Assembly (NCBI RefSeq): GCF_020745735.1
Contig: NW_026867487.1
Span: 4,233,239 to 4,297,238, forward strand
Source: Hemiscyllium ocellatum
Lineage: Eukaryota
Direction of reading: 5' to 3'
DNA: 64,000 bases
Shown here: one piece after another, positions 39,270-50,541 of the stretch
How positions within the stretch are numbered: position 1 is the stretch's first letter
How the letters are laid out: each line of letters starts with the position of its first letter
Position numbers and translations under genes: made by a program
Notes under the pieces: generated by a model
What the model was told of the DNA's origin: nothing
Databases searched by the model: none
Seen by the model: only the letters and a program-made list of their open reading frames with translations

Positions 39270-40084
39270 GCCTATTTAAACTGTCAGCAAGTGTAGTAAT
39301 CAGGCACTGTTTTCAGACCAGGACTAGCTGTCAACACAAAACTTTCAATAATGTCAATCGGAGAGCAGAGAGGAAAGCTTTATATTCTCCTTGTGCAGAA
39401 AGAGACTGACTGACGGCATTAAACCAATTGGCTTATTGTAGGATGTTGATACAAGACATCATAAACGTCACACTCAGGGATTGGCTGTCTCAAAACAGGG
39501 GCCGCTTCAATCCACAACAGAAAGGTATTGCCGGCTCTTTCTATATATCTATCTACCTCTTTTTCTTTCTCTCCCTCTATCGCTCTCTCTCTCTATCCGC
39601 GCACCAACCCCATCCCCCACTCCCAACCCCGCCTTTCATTCTCTCTCTTCTCTTTAAAAGTGTAGTGGTGGATTAAATACTTCATGATCTCGATCATTGA
39701 TCTTGTTCATATTTCTAACTGGAATGCTTATGATAGTTCTGGAATTTAAAAATCTATTTTCAGGACTTCCTTTCCATGACCCCACCATCAATTATTGCCT
39801 CTGAATTCATGAACCCTTTAACTTACTCGCATTCAATCGTGATTCTGCATCATATTCTCTTTCGGTAACCATCCAATTTATATTGTGTTTAGATTACTCG
39901 GTTTTTATGTTCGTTACAGTTTCATTGGGTTAAAATAAACAGAAACAATGTTTATGGATTAACTTTTAATAAAATGTCAGTGAAAACACCACATGAATTT
40001 CACGCCGCCTGCTGGTGGATTGTGGTTTGTGCTAATTCAATCTGTCATATAAGAACAATAGTGTTAAATTGTGTGTCGAGTACG

Positions 40085-41700
40085 AAGAGATAGGAGAGAT
40101 GCTAAATGCATGTTTTCGTCAGTATCCACAGTGGAATAAGAAACTTTTGTAGAGGACAATACTGAGATGCTGGCTATTAGACTAGAGGGGATTAAGTTCA
40201 TCAGGAGGAGGTGTTAGCAATTCTGGAAAGTGTGAAAATGAGTAAACTCCCTGGTCAGATTGGGATTTATTCTAGCATTCTCAGGGAATCTAGGGAGCAG
40301 ATTGCGCTAATTATGTCATAATCGTGGACTAGAATTTTGCGTGAAGACTGGAAGACAGCAAATGTTGCCCCCTTGTTCAAAAAGGCGAGTAGAGACAACC
40401 CTGGTAATTATAGATTGGTGAGCCTTACTTCTATTGTTGTTAAAGTGTTGCAAAAGATATAATGGAAGTGGCTTTCTAAAACTCTAGAAATGAATAATTT
40501 TATTTGGGATAGTCAGCACTGTTTGTGAATTTTAGATCGTGACCCACGAACTTTATTGAGTTCTTTGAGAAGATAACCAGACCGGTGGATGAGGGTAAAG
40601 TGGCTGATGTTTTGTCCATGGATTTCAGCAACGCATTTGATAAGGTTCCCCACGGTAGGCTCCTGCAGAAAATACGATGGCATGGGATTGAGGGTGATGG
40701 AGTGGTTTGGATCAGAAATTGGCTAGCTGAAAGAAGGGTGGTGATTGATGGGAAATATTCATCTTGGAGTACGAGTGGTTTTCCGCAAGGATTTGTTTTG
40801 AAGCCACCATTGTTGTTTTTTATATATAAATGAGCGAGAGTAGTGTGTCAAGGATGGGTTAGTAAATTTGCAGATGACAATACGATCTGTGGAGTTGTGG
40901 GAAATGCAGAAGGCTGTTGGCGATTGGAGATGGACATAGATAATCTGCAGAACTGGGCTGAGAGATGGTAAATGGATTTCAATGCAGGAAAGTGTCAGGT
41001 GAAACGCTTTGTAAGGAGGAAAAGGAATGTGGAGTACTAGACTAATGGTAAGATTCTTGGTAGTGTGCATTAGTGGATAGATCTTGGTATCCATATGCAT
41101 AGATCCCTGAAAGTTTCCACCCAAACTGATATGTTTGTTAAGAAGGCATACAGTATGTTAGGTTTTATTGTTAGAGGGATCAGGTTTCAGAGCCATTCTG
41201 TCACGTTGCAGCTGTACAAAACTCTAGTGCGACTGCAGTTAGACTGTTGCCTACAGTTCTGGTTGGCCCATTACAGGAAGCACATTGAAGCATTAGAAAG
41301 GATGCAGAGGAAATTTACCAGGATATTGCACATTATGGATGGAATATCTTATGAGGAAAGACTGAGGGCCTTGAAGTTGTTTTCGTTAGGGAGAACCTGG
41401 TAAAGAGGTGAATTGATAGAGACATGCAAGATGATCCGCGGTTTAGATAAAGTGGAGAGTGAGAGCCTTTATCCTCAGATGGTGATGGCTAGCACGAGGG
41501 AACAGAACTTTAAACTGAGGAATGATAGATACAGAAAAGGTGTCAAAGGTCTGTTCTTTAATGAGAGATTAGTGAGGGCATGGCATTCCCTGGTTGCAAC
41601 AGTAGGAGAATCGCCAACTTTAACTGCATTTAATCTGTCATTGGATAAATAATGTCGGTCACATGGGCTTCAGAATGACTTCAGAAGTCAGCGAAACGTC
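40085..41700 (+). mobile_element. Decayed CR1 LINE (RT region to 3' end)
   Basis: aaccctggtaattataga (PGNYR), MDFSNAFDKVPHGRL, KHIEALERMQRKFTR and the 3' UTR. Confidence 0.92.
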
Positions 41701-43164
41701 ATGGGCCAAAGTGGCTGTACTGCGCAGTATTGTTCTGTGTCTTCCACAATATTCAGTCCCAAGATTATTTGCATAGTATTCATGGCCGTGTGTTTTACTG
41801 TTCTCGTTGAACTTTTTAGCTGTGATGCCTGAATTTCCTTTGTGAGTGAACATTCAAAAGTTTCAGTTATTGCCAAATTATCTGTATAACAGGAACGAAT
41901 GGTAAAGATTCATTGCGACGAATTAAATGAGAATTATTGGTTTGGTGAGGGAAACAGCATAAAATCTAGCAGCATTTATTCCACAAAACACAGCGTACAA
42001 TCCTGTTCTATTGTATCCTGTTATCCCTGTGTAGCTGAGAAATTTTTACCAAAGATACATAGCACGGCGGAAGAAGATAAATCTCCAGCTTGAATAGAAA
42101 GTTTCTCTGTTATTTTGCACAAAGTAAACAAAAAGCTTACTTTATATATCGTGGAATTCATCTATCTGACAGAGTCGTGTACCTCTCTACCATGGAATAC
42201 ATACTGCTGCAGAGATGTCGAGGACCCTGCACAACACATCCACGCTAACAGTTCCAGCCAGCGCCCAACAGACGCGTTGTACACTGATAAAATAAAGAAA
42301 CGTTCAGAAATAAAAACAGAGCGTGCTGGAGAAAGTGAAGCGGTCTCGTTCCATTAACAGAGAGATGAGGAGAGCTCATGTATCGAGTCTACTGACACCT
42401 TCACTGAATCCAGGAAAGGCTGAAAGCTAATCGTCACTTCTCCAAAATTTGGACCCTTGCTTCCTTTAAACTCCGTGGATGCACCTTATCTGCCTTATCT
42501 TAAAACCTGTTCAGATCTTTGTCGTCAACAATATTGTTCTCTGGTGGTGACAATTTTTTCCATCGTCACCATGAAGACATACTTCTCATTTGGAAAGACA
42601 GTTGTAAAGTATTCATGTTACACCTCAGCAGTGTCCCCTGCATCCGTCGTAAATCTGCTTTTGATCATTGAATGAAGGTTGGTGCTGTGAGGTAGCAGGG
42701 CCTACCATTGAGTCACCATCCCGCCCATATATATACACATATAATATCGTAATGACGATGAAGTGTTGTTTGATCTTCAGAAACAGAACTATGTCGCGGA
42801 TCAGTCAGAATCTCGGAACACCGTGTCACAGTTCCACATCAGTAACTTGAACTGCAGTTGCCTAATGTGCAAACTTCATAAAATCAGAATGGAGGGGACG
42901 TCAGGATTTGGGAAGCACAGTTGTTGTTTGTGAGCTCATGAAACATGACCTAGTTGGGCCGGGATCAATATGGAGGTTCAAGATCACTTTTCCAATTTTA
43001 CCCACAAATACAGATTATTCCTGAAATAAAATCTTTCACAATGATTCGTTCTTCTGTGTTACGGTCGGTGTGTCTCGCCATGTTTCAATTCCCCCAAGTG
43101 GACACATGCGTTTTTACTTTTGCAAACTTTACTCGGGACAGTTTTGAAGCCTCGTTTTAACACT

Positions 43165-43660
43165 GTAGACGTCAGGAGCAGGGAAAAGCCATTCTGCACA
43201 TCAAAACTTCTCCACTATTGATTGAGCTCATGTCAGATCTTATAATCATTGAGTGCACTTTTATGCTTTTCCCTTTCACCCTTGATACCCTTGTTGGGTT
43301 AAAATCTGTCTATTTCGGCCTTGTTTTTACTTAATGACCCAATCTTGGCAGTCCTCCACTGGAAAGAATTCCACAGATTCACAAATCGCAGGACACACAA
43401 ATGCATTCCCATTTCTCTCTCTGTTGAATGCATGAGCTTTATTCCAAGATAATACTCTCTGGTTGTGGACTCTCCCTGGAGGGGAACCAATCCTTCTACA
43501 ACCAGCTTGACTACTCTCAAAAAACGAGATGCATCACCAAGTTTTGTCGTACTGTGGCTGAGCGGTTGAAGCAAATTATGTTGGTGCTTCATCAGATCAT
43601 GTTTATCTCCGATGTTAAGCTGTCACTGATTCTGATAGTGATGCTCTATTCGCTGTTTTA
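43165..43660 (-). mobile_element. Old CR1-type LINE 3' end
   Basis: ttccacagattcacaa, cccctggaggggaaccaatcc and ggagcagggaaaagccattc resemble a reversed CR1 tail. Confidence 0.6.
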
Positions 43661-45756
43661 AATGTCAGGAATTCATTTCATGTTAAGAGTTTGTACAAGA
43701 ACAATAAACCCATATTCCCTGACCTGGAATCAAACACAACACGACAGATTGGGTATCATAACAGCTGAACATGAAGGATGGCATGCTCAATCTTTCTTGT
43801 TGTCAGTAATATTTTCTTTTTGATCAGTTGCAAAATGAGAGGCATTCACTGAGTATTTTTGCGGCGTATTATGTCAATGACAGTTATCAAACATCGATCA
43901 CTTCCACCACTGACCCATAGCCTTGTGCGCTCTGATGTTTCAACTGGTCGTCGAAATAGTTTATCGAGGTCTTTCAGATTTCAGTGGAGCACTGAAAGCT
44001 CTTTCAAATAATGACAGGAAGCATTGTTTTTTGCTGGAACATGAAGTCTACCTTTTCATCCTGGAAGACAGTTCTGAAAACCTAACATCGTTCTTTGAAC
44101 ATTGAGCCACTTTTACTGATGTTGCCAATTGTACGAGTTTAATTTCTACAGTGGCATGGGTTACTAATACAGACCCTCCTCTCAATCTTTCCCCTCAACT
44201 ACTTGGAGTGCTCGTCAGAATAAATACTACCAGTTGTCTCTCTTTTTAATGTAACTGCAGCCCAACGTCCCAGAACGAGATCAGCAAATTACCTTTCAAA
44301 ATGTGGTTCAATGTCAGACTTAGCAATATTATATTTCTGGCACGATTTATTCCATATTTTGTCTCTTTCGCATGTTAGCTTTCTTTGTAGCAGATAAATA
44401 AATAATTATAAATAAATTCAAAATCTGCAATGACAGCCTTTTAACCCAGATTTGCCGGGTTGGGGGCGGGGGGTGGAGGTGAGGGGGGAATCAGCTCTGA
44501 TTTCCAGAATTGCTGATCAGTGCGCATGTTCAGGAAGTCCCCTGCCTGCCCACTTTCTGGAGCATGGGCAGTGGGATCACCCTGATAAACTGTCATCCAC
44601 GAAGTTTTGGGACGTGAGCTCGAAAATTCGATTAAAATAGATTGATGTTTGATGAACAGCACTGACACGAAGAATCAAAGAGCCCTTTTCCATGCTGTAA
44701 AATCTCAGTGAAGGAGAGACCAGTCTTAATTGAAAATGATCGCTCATGCTCTCGGCATTTTTCTATTCTTTCTCTTATTTGATATTCTGTCGATTTCTGA
44801 AACAGAAAGAAACCCCCATTCAACAGAGAAGTGACGACGCAGATCCCGGTTTTCATGGTGATTTCGTTAATGGTCGTTATTGGTGAGAAGTTTTAAACTC
44901 GCAGGGAGTGTTCAATATCTGTATTTCTAAGTGTACATCGAACGAGTATTCTTTTAATATGCATTGGACTCTGCTTGCACTCATGCTGAGCTGTTATGTG
45001 TCGATTTGCTCGATATCTTGCAAGGAAAAGGATAGGACACAAAATACATAAAAATAATCAGACTGATAGTCCCAGTTTTTAAGGAAGATAGATTTGACAA
45101 CACTTTATTCAAACTGATCTAACTGTTTCTTCTACAATAGAGAAGACCGATAGAGATATTTACGCAAATGAAGTTTGATAGTTGAAAAGACATGGAGAGA
45201 ATGTTTCGGATTTGGAACGATTCCTAAGCTACGAGTTTTACATATTAGAGTCAGCAGAATGTTCAAACAGAAAATGCAAAAGGAATCCTGTTTTCACTTT
45301 TGAACATGGAACTCAAATGACACAAGTTGTGGTTGGGTCAAATCCACAGAAAGATGAAGGTGAAATCAGCTAAATCGGTGAAGATGAGAAGGAAAACTGC
45401 ACGTGTGCTTCAAATTCGAGTGAGGGGGTAGGTGGATGCAAGTGTGGATTGCTAATAGCGACAACGACCAGTTTTGTTTTGAAGTTGATTTAATGATCCA
45501 AACAGAAACTGTTGGGAATGCTCCATAGTCCTGGTAGCACCTCTGGAGTGAAAGCAGAATTAAAACAATTTCGGTCCTATTGAATCTTCTTCAGAATTGG
45601 GTTTTCCAGCATTCAGTCATCTTTGTTTTTTCCTTTATTTTGTATTTAAATCCCTGTTTAATTTTATGTCACTCTGAATGTGACTTTATTTTTATGTCAG
45701 TTCATTCAAATGACCGTTTAATCAAATACTGTCACTTTCTATCATCTTTCATTCAG

Positions 45757-45977
45757 ATATCAGCGATTCAGATCGGTTACTCAGTAGAGCTCTCGCTCAC
45801 ACAGACAGAATGAAAAGACCATGTTTTAACTGCATCCACACTGCCGATGCATGTTTCTTCTTCTGATACCGTCAGAACACAGGCAAACAGCACGAGCTCA
45901 CAGTCCGGAGATGCTGAGCTGAAGGTGGATTTCCTTCAGAGCTGGTTTACTGGTGCAGCCAACTGTGCAATGAAACT
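45757..45977 (+). pseudogene. Inverted TCR V pseudogene with internal deletion
   Basis: Acceptor catctttcattcag; ELSLTQTE*K.., NCIHTADACFFF*YRQNTGKQHEL (W to stop), DAELKVDFLQS...NCAMKL. W-to-C distance is only 100 nt. Confidence 0.78.
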
Positions 45978-46016
45978 CACAGTGATGAGAATTAGTGAAA
46001 ACCTCGTACAGACACT
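45978..46016 (+). other. 23-RSS: CACAGTG, 23 bp, ACAGACACT
   Basis: Perfect heptamer directly after TGT GCA ATG AAA CT; nonamer 6/9. Confidence 0.8.
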
Positions 46017-46113
46017 GCCACAGGTTTCTAGGTCACAGCTGTTGCCTGTCTATGGTTATTTATGACAACGTGTCAGTTGCTGACATTTCAGTGCTTTCGT
46101 ATGCGAGAATTTT

Positions 46114-46516
46114 CACAGTCTCATCCACATAAACAAAATTTCAATTCGTTCACATGAATTGCTAGTTCTGATTCTGACACTGTCTTTTTGGACAAGGAAT
46201 TGCTTGGTGTTTATTTGGGAATCTCTGGAAATTCTCTACAAACGTTTCAAGTGGGCTGGAACAAAGTGTGCTCCAATGTGGCGATTTCGGAATGAACTCA
46301 CTGCAAAGCAACCAGGAATGCTGAATGGCAATATCAATGTATAATGAACACTGAAGTCTGCTCAGTCACGTTCCACCAATTGCAATAAACTGACGGCGGA
46401 ACTCTCAAGGTAAAACAGACTTAGACGTATTAATACGAAGCAGCTAAAATATCAGCAGGCATAACGAGATACTTACCAAGACAGAAGTAGAAGCTAATGA
46501 ACAAGGATCTATGCAT
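46114..46516 (-). pseudogene. Probable decayed TCR V with recognisable leader (46477-46516)
   Basis: ATG...MHRSLFISFYFCL G|gtaagt (40 nt, phase 1). Downstream CSEFIPKSPH versus family-1 YSQPPGQSPQ; KTVSESELAI versus KTAKITELAI; tgtggatgagact versus tgtgccatgagact. Confidence 0.5.
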
Positions 46517-49500
46517 TATTGAGCTCTAACATAGGAATAATAAGCTCCAAATTCCGAGAATGATTACTGGATTATCAGGAATCAGACCAAGGAAAAGACC
46601 CAAATTGAGATCATGTTGGAATAACTGACAAAATTGCTTTTGGATGCCGAGACTCATGAAACTCATGTCAGTCCAGTTTCTGTTCACATTTTACTCCGCA
46701 TTCCATACGGTTCTATGGCTGTAGCATCATGATCGGTGCACCTCTTTTGCTAGCGGGAAGACTTTTTTAAAAATATATTCAGCAGTGATTCTATTACTAT
46801 GACTAATTTACAAGGTAACATAAATTCTCTAGTCACATGTTTGCATTTTGCTCAAACTACATTCAACATTAAGTGAACAGAAGAAACCTTTTCCAGTGCT
46901 CAACAATTGCTATTGTTTAACTAATCATTTTGCTTTATTAGAATCGTGGCATGAATAAGGAAGCAAATGCGAGTACAAATGATGGTACAATGTTTTGGTA
47001 CGAGTCTCCCTCTCGTCCCCGCAATACACCTGCTCTCAGACAGCCGTGGCTCACTAAAAGTGAAATCCCCTCACTTGTTGTAGAATCTGGAGATGCAGAA
47101 AATCAAGCGCTGAAACCATTTGTTCTGACGATCTGTTCGTATTGAGGGATGTCGATTAAGAATATCAGAGATTGACCTGGCTCCTGACGATACAATTGTA
47201 AGGAAATGACCGAATGTCTGAAATGACTGATCACCGAATCTCGTTCAAGATGTATCACTGTAACCATTTCTTGTGAGATGGAATCTGCACGGTAAAGGCA
47301 TGCAGAAATTTAGAAATTGTTAGGATGACTTTAACCAATGAAACAACCGAAGAACACATATTGTAATACAGAAAGTACCAGAAATTGGAGGATTGCTATG
47401 CTTATGTTACACGCAACTGTGCATTTTAGTACTCTGGAACGTATCAGTCAAGAGAACTTCATTAGTTTGGAATGAGTAAAAAGCAAAAGCTGTGACCTTA
47501 CAGTGCGAATAGTGGGTTTACACACGGGTCGAATGATCAATTGTTTCCACTCAGATGGTGGATTTGAAAAGCCAAGAAATGTAGATGCGTTGCAATGACC
47601 CTCCGCTCCCCCCCACCACACACACACACACACCCGCCCCCACACACATACACTACCACTCCATCCCGCAGCAAACAGGACAAACATAGTTGGGTGCTGA
47701 ATTAGATCAGAAGAAATGTCCACTGACCCGTTGTGGACAAAATCAAATCATGAATTTGACAGGAACTGGCTCAGTTTTAGATATTTACCACTGAATGGTT
47801 TTAGTGTTTCATTTTTATCACATTTTTAGACTCATAGAAGAGATACTCTGTAATCAATGTAAAGTGTTACTCGCATGCACACGCTTGGACTGTGAGTAGA
47901 TATCCTTGCAGGCAGAGGGCGAACGTGCAAACCCCACGCAGACAATCACTTGAGTGCGGATTCGAACTCGGATTCCGAGTGATGGAAACCATTCGGGCTC
48001 ACCACTGAGCCATTGTGCACTCCAACTCGTGACGTTATCAGGACATGGATCAATTTTACAGATTTTCCGATGAGTCTTCTTACCATTTCATTTTTGACGT
48101 TTCACTTCAGCCCGGTAAAACAGTCACACTTTCATCAATAAAACTTGCTCCTGGCATGCCAATGCTTGAAGTGCGAACAGAAACCATTCCAGGTAGACAG
48201 CAAGTGTGCGAACTGCATGTAGACCTCGCACACGTGCGGAGTCGAACCTAAACCCGTGATCTTGTAAAGCAGCCAGGCTATCCACTGAGACTGACCTTAT
48301 CAAGAAATGGTTGTTTTAGAGATATTTATAATCGCCTTTGTACTCATTACAAACAAAATCTTTCACAGACGGTGTGGATCGATGGATAAACCAGCATTTA
48401 TTGGCAACCTCTAACTGCCCTGGAGAAGATGTTGGTGAAATACCTTCCTGACCGCTGCTGTTTTAGGAATGTTTAAACACCCAGAGTGTTGTGGGGAAAG
48501 TGGTTCTCAGAATATAGACCCAGGGAGACTGAACGAATGTTAATGCAGTTATGAAAAGGCAGGGCATTGAATGACATAGATTGGAACATCTGTCGAAATG
48601 ATCCATAAATGCCACGTATCAATACAATGAAATTTGATGTTAATAAGTAAATAATGAGAGTTATTCGACACCCCAACTAATCAAAACCAAGTTTCGAGCA
48701 CATGTTCACCAAAGGTTCACACCTAATTCGGTTTTACTTCTACCTGACGGATAATATCCTTCTTTCTGCCGGAAAAGAATATACAAAACCATCCATATTC
48801 TCCAGATGTCGGGGAGAGAATGGAAATTGCAACATCAGAGCATTTCAGACATTTAATATTAATTTGATCACCATTCCCAAGAACGAGGCAACGTGGAGAG
48901 ATTCCTGCTAACAACTGCTCAGCATCAGAAGAGTATGAAGAACAGCTGGATATGCAATTGTTCAGATGAGAAAGACATGGGAGGCGAAAAAAACACGTAA
49001 GCTTTTTTGAACTGTCTTCCATCATATTATCATCAATCTCTAATGTCATTGCAAAGGGTTGCATGAGAAAACAGATACCAAGGACAATTTCATTCCCACT
49101 TTCATATCTTTTTGAATTTTCTACACTTTCCGTTTGTTTGTGCTATGCACAGATTAATATCAGAAACAAAACATTGAATATTTCGACAGCTTCATAGGTT
49201 TATAAAATATACTTCTATTCAGAACATTTCTGAAGGATGTGTCAAAATGTTTTGACATGAAAAATACAGAAAATGCAATAAAATTCAACTAGCCTCTCTT
49301 AAACACGTTCTCCTCTGCTGAAGATCGTTATACCTGCAATGCGCTGTTTGGCGATCATTGATGGATGCCAGTTACAATCCAAGCTAGATTTCAAACGTAT
49401 ATTTTCTGTTCCATCTAGAATTGACGCCACTGTTGTAGAAAGAGCATTGAACTCAGTGCCTGTGATCGAGACAAAAGAGGGAAGTTTGAAAGCTTTGTCT

Positions 49501-50077
49501 CGTCGTGTGTGTGTTTGTGTGTGTGTGTGTGTGTGTGTTGGTGGGGGGGGGCGGCGTCAGCGACTTGCAATTAATTTGCGACATCGGCTGCAACTGCTGT
49601 TTCTGCGAAGTCATTGTGTAATATTTCTGCATTGGTTTGCCAAGAAAGAACAAAGACTTACTTGAACAATATGTTCTGACAAACCCCACTCCTGTTGCCG
49701 CCGTCCAATTACCGTTGGTATTGCAAATCCATGAGATTTCTGTGTCTATGAGTGGAAGGAACTGAGTGGAAAGCTGAGAAGGGAAGACATTGGCGTCCTT
49801 GATTGGAAAAGTAACAGGAAAGAGAATTGCACAGATAGATGTTAAGTTTTATTCCCACCATATTTGCTTCCCGAATTTTCAGACTGATAGAAATCTGAAA
49901 ATGGAATACTATACTTATTGAGATCTGTTCTTGTCACTTCAAGAATTTGGTTTGTAATTATTCCGCTGGGGGTGAATTGTTTCTCTTCCTCACTGTGAGA
50001 CTGCCCTCTCGTGAGCTCGAACGGGCACACTGAGAGTGGGTTTTTGACATGCTCTGCTATCTGTCTGAGCCAGTGTG

Positions 50078-50541
50078 AGGCTCATGGAACAGAAATACAC
50101 AGCAGAGTCAGTGTTGAAGGCATTGTTAATCGTTAACTCGGTAATCTTCGCAGTTTTATCAAATGTCAAAGAAAAACGATCAGAGAAGTCAGGATTCCTG
50201 TTTACCATTCCAGCTGTAAGCATGTAAACGACGTATTGTGGAGATTGCCCTGGGGGCTGACTGTACCAAAAAACATAAGGTGTAGTACTTGTCTTCAAAT
50301 TGCAGGTGATTGTGACATTATTTCCTTCCACAACCGTCATTTCAGGAATTGGCTGCTCCACTGTGTCTTCGGAACTGTATTCTAACAAGAATAATAACGT
50401 TATTTGAAATCGTGATTATTACAGTGATTCTTGTACTAATTGGAACGCCTGGACTACAAACCCTTTAGTCAGGTCTAATGGAATGAAAGACTTACTGAGA
50501 AGTGAGACAATGATGAGAAGTCGAGAAAGGCAGTTCTTCAT
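50078..50541 (-). CDS. TCR V gene segment, family 1; leader 50496-50541, V exon 50078-50381; 23-RSS 50039-50077 (CACACTG-23-TCAAAAACC)
   Basis: MKNCLSRLLIIVSLL, 114-nt intron, KYSSEDTVEQPIPEM...ITCNLKTSTTPYVFWYSQ...DSAVYFCSMSL. Confidence 0.93.

Noticed and set aside
42450-42700. V-like snippets (KVFMLHLSSV, GAVR)
   Set aside because: No consistent Cys/Trp framework and no RSS.
48723-49064. LVLGNGDQINIKC as FR1 of another V gene
   Set aside because: Cys-to-Trp spacing is 17-20 residues, with no FR3 motif or RSS; considered only as possible exon C.
49991-49997. Second CACAGTG / GTGAG donor downstream of the 50 kb RSS
   Set aside because: No nonamer at the right distance; mutated in the 56, 59 and 17 kb copies; as a donor it would be phase 2 and would not fit exon A.
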